Shown: positions 28,287 through 39,400 of the stretch, one piece after another
How positions within the stretch are numbered: position 1 is the first letter of the stretch
How the letters are laid out: each line of letters opens with the position of its first letter
Assembly: GCA_017447805.1 (NCBI GenBank)
Contig: JAFSMR010000032.1
Location: 84,803-148,802, forward strand
Length of the DNA stretch: 64,000 nucleotides
Origin: Kiritimatiellia bacterium
GTDB taxonomy: Bacteria > Verrucomicrobiota > Kiritimatiellia > RFP12 > UBA1067
Reading direction: 5' to 3'
Translations under genes and position numbers: made by a program
Notes under the pieces: generated by a model
What the model saw: only the letters and a program-made list of their open reading frames with translations
Databases searched by the model: none
Told to the model about the DNA's origin: nothing

Positions 28287-29066
28287 ATGTCTAACCAAGC
28301 ATACAAGCCGTGCGAGAAAGCCCCGAAACCTCCAAAGACGCTGGAGGATTTAGAGGCCATCGCCTATCTTGAAACATTGCGCAAAGGTGAAGGTGAATCA
28401 AAACCTGCCGACCTGCCGCTCGCTTGCCGCGTTTTGGTCATCGATGAGCAAAATGTGCCGAAGGCGAATGACGCCTATAAAATGGTAACAGTGGAAACCA
28501 AAGGCGCGAAGCGCTTTCGTCTTTGCCTCTCGAGGACACTGCCGACGCCCGGCGGCGAAGAAATGTTATTCGTAAACGAATGTGCCGCCCTGCCTATCGA
28601 AGAGCGCTGGAAAAACCCGCTTGCCGCGCAAATAAAGGAGAAAGTCTATAAATTCGGCTTTGGCATAAAGGTTAGGCGCCTAAAACTCCACATCAAGAGG
28701 AATATATATATACATAATTGCGGTGCTCTATATCCTCTCGAGGCTTTCGCAGAGGATGTCGCCAGCACATCGCTTGGCGAAGAATGCGGTCATTTGCTCA
28801 ATATCGACGACGCAGAAGACCTCAAAGCGCGCCAGAATATGAAAATGGCGAAGCTGCCTGAAGAAGAGCTAACCCCTCAACCCTCGCCATGGGTCGTCAA
28901 GTCTCGCGCCGCATTGGCAAAGCGCGAGCAAGAAAAAGCGAAAGCCTCGCGCATAGAAAAAAAGAAGCGCCTTGCGGCCAAAGAAGCCGAGGAACGCAAC
29001 GCCCCAAGCTTCAACTTCCTTCATCAAATTCGCGGTTTTCGCCGCAATGGCAAAAAAATGAAATAA
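28287..29066 (+). CDS. hypothetical protein with a Lys/Glu-rich C-terminal tail
   Basis: 259-aa ORF starting at MSNQAYKPCEK. A TATAAT box lies at 28271-28276, exactly 10 nt upstream. I recognise no family. Confidence 0.55.
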   Translation: MSNQAYKPCEKAPKPPKTLEDLEAIAYLETLRKGEGESKPADLPLACRVLVIDEQNVPKANDAYKMVTVETKGAKRFRLCLSRTLPTPGGEEMLFVNECAALPIEERWKNPLAAQIKEKVYKFGFGIKVRRLKLHIKRNIYIHNCGALYPLEAFAEDVASTSLGEECGHLLNIDDAEDLKARQNMKMAKLPEEELTPQPSPWVVKSRAALAKREQEKAKASRIEKKKRLAAKEAEERNAPSFNFLHQIRGFRRNGKKMK

Positions 29067-29075
29067 ACTGCTCTC

Positions 29076-29105
29076 TTGACATAGGGGGGTAAAAAAATGT
29101 ATAAT
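29076..29105 (+). promoter_or_regulatory. sigma-70-type promoter (TTGACA-18-TATAAT) of the V-ATPase genes
   Basis: TTGACA at 29076-29081 and TGTATAAT ending at 29105. The ATG at 29141 is preceded by GGAAGGA. Confidence 0.5.
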
Positions 29106-29140
29106 TCCACACATAATAGACTAGTGGAAGGAAGCATCCG

Positions 29141-29716
29141 ATGTCAGAAGACTTGCAGAGTTTACTCGAGAAGATCAATCGCGAGGGCGTAGAAAAGGCC
29201 CGCACGCAAGCAGAAGCTATTGTCGCAGAGGCGAATTCAAAGGCGCATGCGATTGTAGAAGAGGCGAAAAAAGCGGCTGAAGAAGCCAAGGCCAGCGCGC
29301 GCAAAGATGCCGAAGCGAGCGCCGCGCGCGCCGCTGAAACCATTCGCCAGGCAGCGCGCGATACAATTTTGAAGGTAGAATCTTCTGTGACGAAGCTACT
29401 CGAAAAGCTCCTTGCCGAGAATGTCGATAAGGCGCTTGGCGATAGCGCGGCCGTCTCGAAGCTGGCGGCAGCCGCCGTGGAGGAATTCGCGACTAAGGGA
29501 GAGCTAGAGGTCGCGACCGCCGCGAACCTCGCGGCCGCTCTGAAAGCCGCGCTAGCCGCGAAGAAGGAAGTTAAGGTTGTCACTGATGAAACTCTCGGCA
29601 AAGGTTTCTCTGTTCGCCTCGATAACGGCAGAGTCGAGCACGCTTTTACAAGTGAAGTAATCGCGAGCGAACTGGCCGCGCGCCTTAGACCAGAGCTTGC
29701 CAAGCTCGTTAAGTGA
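29141..29716 (+). CDS. V-type ATPase subunit E-like (peripheral stalk)
   Basis: 191 aa. The N-terminal half is an Ala/Glu/Lys-rich coiled coil and a globular C-terminus follows. It lies in the position upstream of the V-ATPase A subunit. Confidence 0.6.
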   Translation: MSEDLQSLLEKINREGVEKARTQAEAIVAEANSKAHAIVEEAKKAAEEAKASARKDAEASAARAAETIRQAARDTILKVESSVTKLLEKLLAENVDKALGDSAAVSKLAAAAVEEFATKGELEVATAANLAAALKAALAAKKEVKVVTDETLGKGFSVRLDNGRVEHAFTSEVIASELAARLRPELAKLVK

Positions 29717-29729
29717 TTTTTCGCAAGAT

Positions 29730-30170
29730 ATGTCGATCGACTATATAGTTGCAAGCCTGCCGGCACTATCGTTTGATTCCCCTCCGGGAATAAGCGAAGA
29801 AAAATTCCTGGAAATCGCCGGCGGCAAATTCGATAAGAGCCTGGCGAAATGGCAAGATCTCTCGACTCAGCTGAAAAATGCCGTCGCCCTCGCGCGCGGC
29901 GGCGCAAAATGGGCGAGAGTTGCCAAAGGATGCTCGGTTTTCTGGAAGTCGCGTATTCTCGCGTGCTTCCAGGAAAAAGATATCGCAAAGCGCGATGAAA
30001 TGCTCGAGCGCGTCTTCTGGGACGCCGCAGGCGAGCTTATCCCCCCTTCTTCACCGCTCGGCGAAGGTGCGCTCGCGGCCTACTACATAAGGCTAGGTAT
30101 CGCGACAAGGCGCGCGGCGATCAACCGCGATGCCGGTAGAGACGCCTTCAATAAATTGACCGACGCTTAA
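29730..30170 (+). CDS. DUF2764-like protein of V-ATPase operons
   Basis: MSIDYIVASLPALSFDSPP resembles the YYxxSSLPxL start of DUF2764 proteins, which sit between E and A in Bacteroidetes/Chlamydia-type operons. This is from recall only. Confidence 0.5.
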   Translation: MSIDYIVASLPALSFDSPPGISEEKFLEIAGGKFDKSLAKWQDLSTQLKNAVALARGGAKWARVAKGCSVFWKSRILACFQEKDIAKRDEMLERVFWDAAGELIPPSSPLGEGALAAYYIRLGIATRRAAINRDAGRDAFNKLTDA

Positions 30171-30194
30171 CAATAACCATTTAGGAGAAACAAA

Positions 30195-31958
30195 ATGACA
30201 ACTACAGGAAAAATCGTAGCAGTTAACGGCAATATGATTACCGTCAAGTTCGACGGCGCCGTTGCGCAAAACGAAGTAGGCTACGCAATTTTGGGCAATA
30301 AGCGTCTAATGGCTGAAATCGTCCGTGTGCGCGGCGAAAAAGCCGATATGCAGGTATTCGACGCGACGACGGATCTGGCGATTGACGACAAAGTGGAATT
30401 TTCCGGTGAATTGCTCGCGGCGGAACTTGGCCCGGGCATGCTCGCGCAAGTATACGATGGATTGCAAAATCCTCTAGCGGAACTCGCGAAGGAAGCGGCA
30501 AAGATTTCCAAAGATGCCGAGTTCTTCCTTCAGCGCGGAATGTATCTACCTGGCCTACCACGCGACAAGAAGTGGGATTTCCACCCAACGGCAAAGGTCG
30601 GCGCACGCGTAAGCGCCGGCGAAGCGCTCGGATGGGTAACGGAAGGAATTTTCGATAATAAGACGATGCCGGGCCATAAAATCATGGTGCCCTTCGCCCT
30701 GCGCGGAGTATATACGATCAGGGACCTCGCACCTGCAGGCGACTATACCGTTACTGAAGATATCGCTACTCTCGTCGATGCCGATGGCAAAGAGGTAAAG
30801 GTTCAAATGATGCAGCGCTGGCCTGTGAAAGTTCCTATCAAGTGCTTCACCGAAAGGCTGGAACCTACCGAGACTCTAGAAACGACCGTCCGCACGATCG
30901 ATACATTCTTCCCGGTCGCCGTCGGCGGCACCTACTGCATTCCTGGCCCCTTCGGCGCCGGCAAGACCGTTCTTCAGCAGACGACCGCGCGCTACGCGAA
31001 GGTAGATATCGTGATTTCCGCCGCGTGCGGCGAACGCGCCGGCGAAGTTGTGGAAACTCTTAAGGAATTCCCCGAAATCACCGACCCGAAGACCGGCCAG
31101 TCGCTGATGAAAAGAACAATCATCATCTGCAATACTTCGTCGATGCCGGTCGCCTCGCGAGAAGCTTCGGTATATACCGCGGTAACGCTAGCCGAATACT
31201 TCCGCCAGATGGGCCTTAATGTTCTAGTGCTCGCAGATTCCACCTCGCGCTGGGCACAGGCGATGCGCGAACTATCAGGACGTCTCGAGGAAATCCCTGG
31301 CGAAGAAGCCTTCCCTGCATATCTCGAAAGCCGTATCGCCGCATTCTACGAAAGAGCGGGAAGAGTAAGGCTGAAAGATGGCACAACCGGCTCCGTGACA
31401 ATCGGTGGCACGGTCTCGCCCGCGGGCGGCAACTTCGACGAACCCGTGACCCAGGCGACGCTCAAGGTCGTCGGCGGCTTCCACGGACTCTCCCGCGCGC
31501 GTTCGGATGCGCGACGCTATCCGGCAATCGACCCCTTGGATTCTTGGAGTCACTACAATTCAGTCATAGAGCAGGATAAAGTCGAAAAGGCGCGTTCTAT
31601 TCTTCGTAAAGGCAACGAAATCGGCCAAATGATGAAAGTCGTCGGCGAAGAAGGCACAAGCCTCGCAGACTTCACGACATACCTCAAGGCAGAATTCCTC
31701 GATGCTGTATATTTGCAGCAAAACGCCTTCTCGGATTCTGACGCCACTACTAGCGTAGAACGCCAAAAGATTATGTTCTCGGTAGTAGAGAAAGCGCTCT
31801 TGACGAATTATCGTTTCACCGAAAAGGAAGAGACTCGTCGTTTCTTCATGAACCTCCAGCAGACATTCATCGACTGGAACGATAAGCCCTTCAACTCTCG
31901 CGAATTCACCGCGCTAAAGGAAGAGCTCGAGAAGAAAATCCAAGAAGCTAGCTGCTAA
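30195..31958 (+). CDS. atpA: V-type ATPase catalytic subunit A
   Basis: 587 aa with Walker A GPFGAGKTV, a LADSTSRWA motif, and the non-homologous insert typical of A subunits. Confidence 0.93.
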   Translation: MTTTGKIVAVNGNMITVKFDGAVAQNEVGYAILGNKRLMAEIVRVRGEKADMQVFDATTDLAIDDKVEFSGELLAAELGPGMLAQVYDGLQNPLAELAKEAAKISKDAEFFLQRGMYLPGLPRDKKWDFHPTAKVGARVSAGEALGWVTEGIFDNKTMPGHKIMVPFALRGVYTIRDLAPAGDYTVTEDIATLVDADGKEVKVQMMQRWPVKVPIKCFTERLEPTETLETTVRTIDTFFPVAVGGTYCIPGPFGAGKTVLQQTTARYAKVDIVISAACGERAGEVVETLKEFPEITDPKTGQSLMKRTIIICNTSSMPVASREASVYTAVTLAEYFRQMGLNVLVLADSTSRWAQAMRELSGRLEEIPGEEAFPAYLESRIAAFYERAGRVRLKDGTTGSVTIGGTVSPAGGNFDEPVTQATLKVVGGFHGLSRARSDARRYPAIDPLDSWSHYNSVIEQDKVEKARSILRKGNEIGQMMKVVGEEGTSLADFTTYLKAEFLDAVYLQQNAFSDSDATTSVERQKIMFSVVEKALLTNYRFTEKEETRRFFMNLQQTFIDWNDKPFNSREFTALKEELEKKIQEASC

Positions 31959-32008
31959 TTGTTTGCTATTTTCTCGCGCTCAAGGCGCTCAAGGCGCTGA
32001 GTTTTTTG

Positions 32009-32035
32009 GTAGGGCGGCGCGCGGCGCCGCCCTAC
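32009..32035. terminator. perfect 12-bp GC hairpin between convergent genes
   Basis: GTAGGGCGGCGC-GCG-GCGCCGCCCTAC, preceded by TTTTTT. It overlaps the stop codon of the minus-strand gene. It belongs to the GGTAGGGC hairpin family. Confidence 0.6.
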
Positions 32036-33339
32036 GCTTGCGCATCAAGAATATCGCTAGTCGGGACGGGGAATGTTGGAATCGTCGCGTAAGGGTCTTG
32101 AGATGCATCCTTCGGCAATGATTTCATATATTCATCCATCGCTTCAGCTACATTCTTTGCGGCGGCGACAGCCTCGACAACCGTCCTTGCGCCCATTACA
32201 GCATCGCCCGCGGCAAAGACGCCTTCGCGCGAAGTTTCGCCTTTTTCGTCCACAGTGAGAAGACCCTTGCCATCGACTTCTATTCCGCTTGTCCCCGCGG
32301 CGACATTACCTTCGGTAGATTGACTTACTGCAACAATGATGCCGGAATGAGGATAAAACATTTCCGATTTTTCGATCATCTTCGCCTTGCCATCTTGATC
32401 GAGCTCGGTATCGGCGCAAATCAAGCCGTTTTCACGAATCTCCAGCGGCTTTTTGTTGAATCTAAAACCGACACCTTCGAGTTTCGCATAAGAAAATTCG
32501 TGTTGGCTTGCGCTTACATGGCTTTCATCTCTGAGCGAATAGCAAGTAACATGGCGAGCACCGTTTCTTATTGCGACCCTCGCGCAATCCATCGCAGTAT
32601 TGCCTACGCCGATTACTGCGATATCTTCACCTAGCCTAAAGGCTTTGGAGTTCGCTAGATAATCTATGGCAAACACGACATTTCCCAGCGATTCGCCTTT
32701 TATGTGCATCGCCTTGGCTTTCCAGAGTCCGGCGCCGAGAAATACGCCCTTGTAACCATCTCTGAATAGATCGTCAATCGTCAAGGTCTTGCCGATTACA
32801 GTATTTGTGCGGATTTTTATATCCTTTAGCACCAAATGGCGATATTCGAAATCGTCGATTACGCTATCTGGAAGACGGAAGGCCGGGATGCCATAGCGCA
32901 AGACGCCGCCGATTTTATCGCGCGCCTCGAAAATCGTTACGCTATAGCCTTTCCGAGCGAGTATCACGGCGATAGTCAAACCCGCCGGACCCGACCCCAC
33001 GACCGCCGCTTTCATGCCGTTCTTTTCTGCCGGCCCCTTTACCATTTTGTTTGCGTAGGTAGAGGAGATATAGTTTTCTATTACGCTGAAATGCACAGGA
33101 GAAGATTTGAGCGCTCTGACGCAATGTCCTTCGCACTGTTTTTCGTGGTTGCAGACAATCGAGCATACAGTCGTAAGCGGATTGTTGAAGAACAGCATTT
33201 TCCCGGCCTCATCGAGCTTACCCGCCTTCAGAAGCTTTATGACCTCAGGAATTTCGGTCTTTATCGGACAGCCCTCCTTGCATTTTGGTCTAGGGCAACC
33301 AAGGCAGCGATTAGCTTCATCCATTACATGTAACGCCAT
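32032..33339 (-). CDS. NAD(P)H-dependent glutamate synthase small-chain-like oxidoreductase (GltD/SudA family)
   Basis: N-terminal Fe-S Cys clusters (CLGCPRPKCKEGCP, CNHEKQCEGHC) and two Rossmann motifs (VVGSGPAGL, VIGVGNTAMD). Confidence 0.85.
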   Translation of the reverse strand: MALHVMDEANRCLGCPRPKCKEGCPIKTEIPEVIKLLKAGKLDEAGKMLFFNNPLTTVCSIVCNHEKQCEGHCVRALKSSPVHFSVIENYISSTYANKMVKGPAEKNGMKAAVVGSGPAGLTIAVILARKGYSVTIFEARDKIGGVLRYGIPAFRLPDSVIDDFEYRHLVLKDIKIRTNTVIGKTLTIDDLFRDGYKGVFLGAGLWKAKAMHIKGESLGNVVFAIDYLANSKAFRLGEDIAVIGVGNTAMDCARVAIRNGARHVTCYSLRDESHVSASQHEFSYAKLEGVGFRFNKKPLEIRENGLICADTELDQDGKAKMIEKSEMFYPHSGIIVAVSQSTEGNVAAGTSGIEVDGKGLLTVDEKGETSREGVFAAGDAVMGARTVVEAVAAAKNVAEAMDEYMKSLPKDASQDPYATIPTFPVPTSDILDAQA

Positions 33340-33468
33340 TTATTCTCTCCTTCGGAAAAATTTTGCGCATATTTTACCAAAATTTTCCCGTCACAACAAT
33401 ACACCCAGGGATAGTTGCGGTGCGCAGCGCGCGGCTGCTTGGTAGGGCTCATCGCCCCGCGCAAGCGC

Positions 33469-36400
33469 TTATTTCACATCCACGGTAATCTTATAGAACA
33501 TGGCTCCCGAGGGTATTTCGCTATCCGAGAGGCTTGTGCGGGACCCCGTCGCCGTTTCAACGGCTCTTTGCTCGTTGATGGCCTCGTCGGTCGGCTCCGT
33601 GCCGCGCATAAGCCGGTAAACAAGCCCCAGGATGGTTTTTACGCCCACGCTGACGCCCTCGTCTTCATCCACCACGAGCGGCTTCGTTTCGTCGCTTGCC
33701 TCGGTGGGAGCAGGCTTTAGCGGGATTTCCTCCTCGCCCACTGTCACTACCGCATCTTCATTGAGCGTAATGGTACCGCCTGCTCCAACCGACACAATGG
33801 CATAGGTGGCCTTTTGGTCATCGCCCGCACCCCACGCAACCGCCACCTTCAAAGTGGGCGCGCCCTCGCCAGTAGGAATACCGGTAACAGTAGTCGTGTT
33901 GGTGGACACCACCACCTCGCTCACCGTCACGCCGTCTGGAACCGTTAGCGCAACTTCCTCCGCCTTCACTTCGACAGTATAGGAACCATCGCCATTGTCG
34001 GTCACTTCCGCATTCTCGTCATTGGTAGTTGGTGCAGGCATCTGATAAACAACATTCCAAGTGCCATCGCCATTATCGGTCGCTTTAGCATAAGCACCAT
34101 CGGCGATTTCCGGCTCGCTCGTGACGATGAGCGTACCATTCGTGACCACGCCGCCAGCCGCCACATTCAGCGCCGCAATGGTCTGCGTCAACCCGCCCAG
34201 ATCAAGAGCTGCATTCGCCGCAATCGAAACGCTCGCCCCCGTTGGCATCGGCGTATAGGCGACATTGCTTATCCCCCACTTGTGCATCAACTGCGCTTCC
34301 ACCGCCTCGCGCTCCGCTGTTGTCAATTCGTGCGAGTAGGTTATAAGTTCGGAATACGCCTGTGTGCCGCTTGCGCTGTTCCATCCAAGATTTATGCAGG
34401 CAGGATTGCTCTTGGTCCACTGACCGACAATCGACATTACCATAGGTGTAGTTTGTGTCTTGCCATCGACATCCTTGCCATTCTGCCAAATTCCGTCTGT
34501 GCCGTAATAATCACCATTGTTCTTGCCTTTCTTGTTCCATGACGACGAATTGCGGCAGGTTATGGAATACGATTCGTTGTCGGTCATCAATACATTCCAA
34601 CTGGTCGTGCCGCAAAACGGATGCATCGCCAGAATCGTCGTCTTGGCGGAAACGGCCGTCTCCATATTCATCTTGAACGACGCGCCCTTGAGAGACATTT
34701 TGCCGTTCATGGTAGCCGCTTCTTCGACAAGTTCTGCGGCTGTGCTGGCATTGGCCAGTACATTATCGCTCCCTGTCATCGAATCTTTCAGCGTCAACAC
34801 CTCGTCAATCTCCACCACCGCTCCATCTGCGGAAACGTCGAAATCCGAAGTCATTCCGCCAATGTCGCGGTAGCCGCCGAGTTTCAGCGTTCCGGCATTG
34901 ACATTGACAGCACCCGTAAAGGCGTTGGTGCCGATGAGCGTCAATACACCTGTACCATTCTTCACAATGGATGCCCGATTCTTATAGGTCTCGAAAGTAC
35001 CGATAACCTTTTCATCTTCGTCAGAGTCGTATTCATAGACAGGAGGCTGACGCTCTTCGATTACAATGGCGGTTGCGGTTTGCCTCAGGAGATAGTCTTC
35101 CGTAATATCTACACCGTTAGTGACGATGGTTACGCCTTCAACCACCCCAGCCGTGCCGAATGTGGTGTTGGCAACGATACCATTGGCAGGAATGGCAGGG
35201 AGCTTCAGCGTCGCGCCGCTTTCAAGCGTCATGGTGGTTACAGTCAGCGGCATCGCATTGCCCAAATCTAACGTCGCACCATCTTTTACGGTTATATCGG
35301 CAGCAACAGGGACGGGCGAATATGAATAATCCCCCACGCCCCACTTCGCGCCAAGATATTCTTCGATCACCCTAAGCTCTGCAGCATCAAGAATACGTGA
35401 ATATATAACCGTCTCACCCCAAATCATCTTTCCGCCACTGCCAAGGAAAATATTTCTCGCAGACCCCGAGTTGCTACCTGTACGAATCGGAATCTGCGTG
35501 GACGAAAATACAAAAGGTGTATTGGCGGCAATCGCAACATTGGTCTCGCCATTTACCCATATCTTTTCATCGGCAGTCGCCACGAAATCATTGTAACTGT
35601 AGAATCTGATTTTATTGCTGCTGGTTCTAAAGCCGTAGCGATTGCCGTAAGAAGTGTCGCTCCAGTCGCCTAGATAATGTGTGCTTATGGCATCTACATA
35701 TTGTGCCACCGAAAAGGTAGTATACGAGCCGGATGTGCTAAGAATATTGACCTTTGAAGTAAGACGCAACTTATCAGAAGCAAGAGCCGCACAATTGCCA
35801 ATATTAGTTACGACAGGACATTCTGCAGTATAGGTATCCTTACCTGATACTGCGAGAATCGTTTCCATAACATGCGAGGAATTAACTTTCGACACAATAT
35901 TGGTCACCAGTTCCGTATCATCGCCATTCTCATCCTTTGTGTAGGTGTAGGTGCTGGTGTCGGACGCATCCACATCGAAATAGAGACCTGCTATATCCGT
36001 GTAGTCGCCCACCTTCACAGTACCAGCGCTGACAGTAAGTTCGCCATAGAAGGAGTTGGAGCCGATCAGCACCAATGTACCAGAACCAGTCTTTTTGACA
36101 TTGCCAGAAGCATCGATTGCCCCCACCTGATTCGTCGTCACATCTTCTTCGACTGCGATTTCGAACGTCTCGAAATTATTGACCCGTTGCCAAGCAGTGG
36201 AGATGGTTAGGGGCTCGGTGACCGAAAGCCACATTTCGGAATCGGTGGAGATCGTTGTGCCATCGCCATCCTTCCAGCCCAGGAACGCGAATCGCTCGCT
36301 TGCCGGAACCGCCTTGAAGTGCAAGGTTTCGCCCTTCTGTACGTTGCAACTTTCGATGTTCGGCGTGCCGTTGACCGACACCGCCCCCATCCTCGCATCG

Positions 36401-39400
36401 TTTGAGAGCGAAAGCGTGGTCATATCCGAAACATGCGTATATGCGATTGACGAAATCGTAGTTGCGGTAGGGTTGTTCGCCCCGGACCAGTTCTGGCTCG
36501 CACACCAAAACCAATAGGTTTCGCCGGCTTCCACTTCGCAGGTGAACGTGTAGTCGGTGTTGGCATTGCTGACTGTCAAATCATCAATCTTGTTGTTGCG
36601 CGTTGTTTCCGCAAGAGTTCCAGATGTTACATTCATCGACAACTCTCTCTTTGACACCACCTTGTCCGTCTTGAAAACGAGCGACACAGTTCCAGAATAT
36701 GGAGCCGTCAATTTGATATAATGGGCATAATCGCAAGGTTGGTCTGCGCTGTAGGCGGCTTTCTTGGCGTTTGTGTATATGTCGTTGGCCGGGACATGCC
36801 AATAAATGCCATTAGCAGTAATCGTATCATCACCATAATCGGTTCCCGAAAGGTATATCTCGAAGAAACCATTGGTGACGACAACCGTTCCATCTGCTTT
36901 TGCGACAGTTAGAGAATTGTCGCCGGCATACATTCCAAAATCCATCTTGGCTGTATATTGGCTATCGGCATCAAGCGATGCGAAGTTGGCGGTGTATACC
37001 GTATCGCCGGGAATCGCCTGCAAAAATGTTGCGCTGGCAGAAATCTCGTTCCCGCCAGCATCAGTCCAATTTACAAACCTGTACGCGCCACTCACAGGCT
37101 TCGCAGAAAAGACAGTTTCTTTACCGCCAAACACGCGAGCGGGCGTAGCAGTAGCAGTGCCGATATTGGCATCGTTCACTGCAGTTCCTGCATTGTAGTA
37201 GACTGGCGCATAGGAATAGGTAATGTCGGTAATCTTAACCCAAGTGGAACGATTGGAATAGTAAGAGTAAATCCGGTAGAGTGTTCCTGCGGTAACATCA
37301 AAGGTCAGTATCTGGTCTGTATTTGCAGCGTCCGCCTTCTTGGAAGCATACACGCTAGAAGCTGCCATCGCCTGCTCGTTGGTCGCAACCAAAAGATACG
37401 GATAGACATACTTGCCGCCTCCTTCCGTCACGCCTCCAACCTGAAAAGTAATTGTAATGCTCCCATCTGCCGGTGCGACATATTCGATATGGCGTCCCGA
37501 ATCGCTGCCGGTTCCTTTGTTGAAGAGCACATTCCCCCAATAGAGGCCGTCTGTCGTCAGCGTGTCGCCATTCGCAAGGAACATCGACAATCCGTTGTTG
37601 ACATGTTCCTTCGTGTTTTTGGAAATGGTCTCGGAAACGGCCGCCTCGCCGAAGTAATCGGAGAAATCCCATGTGATCACGCGATTCTCTTCTTCGCCAT
37701 AAGCCGCAAAGTTTGCGGTGTAAGATAGATTTTCGGTGGCACCCTCGATCCCTAGCGACGATTTGGTAGAAACAACTTCGTCGCCAGAGTCGGTCCAGTT
37801 GACAAATTTGTAAAGCGCAGTATCCGAACTAATGGCTTTGAAAAGAACATCGGAACCTGAATTTATCTGGAGCGAAGCAGTCGCTTGACCGTTGATTGTC
37901 ACAGAACCCATCTCATCGTCGGACGAAGTGGCGCTTGCCGTTATGACAGCCCGGAAATCGGCTGTAACCGACAAGGCGTTATGGCAACGCTCGATCGTCC
38001 AGGTTGCATCTTCGGAAACTACCTCGCTGTTGGCATCCAGCCAGCCGAGGAACACGCAGCCTTCGGCAGGAGTTGCGACGAGCGTCACGGCGCTATTCAT
38101 TTCCACTTCGGCAGAAGCAACCGACTCGCCATTGATAGTGACCGTACCGAGAGTGCCATTATTCGGTTCAGCCGCGACCGTCACATTCGGGAGCGTCGAT
38201 GTCGCCGCGAGCTGCACCACCTTCACATCGTCTAGGGCGCCAAAGTGCGACATCTGCGATTCCAGCGAGAACGAGAAGAAGTTGTAGGGGAGGTTGGCAA
38301 TGGCGGCATCCTGCGAATAGGCACTTACAGTGTAGGTAGCGTAGGCGCTGCCGCCCACCGAAACCTCTGCCGTGCCAAGATCCATATCGACAATCATATC
38401 GACATCAACCCATTTGTCCACATTTATGTTGTTGGCCGGGACAAGCGCATCCTCGTTATCCTTAACTAGCGTAATGCCGATATCAGACGAGCCAAAGGTG
38501 TTCGCGGTCTTGCCGGTGAGCTGGAAAATGTTCAGTCCACCTCCTGTTGGACTGGTCGTAGTCCCTTTCGCGTTGATCATGTGGAATGTAAACTTTCCGG
38601 CCGTATAGAGCACTTTGAAGGAAACGCGGTAGCGTCCGTTGGAAATCGCGTTCGCGTCGTCGAATGCGCGGAACATGCCGAAGTTCTTCTTCGTCTTGCC
38701 GTCACTCGCATAGCCTGTGCCGGTGAAGTCGTAGTAGCCAGCCTCGTTCTCGGTGAATGTGTATTCGGACTGCGTAACGGCGCTCCAGTTAGAGGCATCT
38801 TCGCCGTTGTCATCCACGAGCACTTTGCTCCAGGCCTCGACCGGATATTTTGCGGAGCAAGGACCATTCTCGCCGACCTGCCAAGTCTCATCGTCGGCAA
38901 CTGCGAACCACACATACGCCTTGCCGCCAGCCGGGATGGTGAGCGTATCCATTTTCGCCGCAGTTGCTTCATTGCCATTAGGAAGATCGGAGGCGAGAAA
39001 GCCGGCCTTATCGGGATTGATGATCGTTCCTGACGTGGCATTGATGCCGCCAACATCGTAGTTGGAATAGGTATAGTAGCGGTTCGTCGTCGCGGCGTCC
39101 GCGCTCACCACATCAATCACCGCCTTGTAGTAGTTGCCGGGATTCAAGATGCGCATCGTAACGCCAGAGATTGTTACGGTGCCATCGGCATTCGTGGATG
39201 CGGCGACTCCCGCCACTACCGCATCGTTCACGTAATCATATCCCACGGATACAGGCGTATCCCAGAAGGTATTGGGCGCGACACCAGCCGCGATGATTTC
39301 GTTTGAGACTTCGTAGGGGAGGTTCTCGATTGCCGTGCCGAGGCCAAGCTTCGTCTGGAGGCCCGTCGTTATGCCTCTTACGACAGCGGCCTGTTTCTGC

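Noticed and set aside
29011-29988. 325-aa minus-strand ORF
   Set aside because: It is antisense to the Ala/Glu-rich V-ATPase E-like gene and the DUF2764-like gene. Its Ala/Ser-rich translation is the mirror of the coiled-coil codons.
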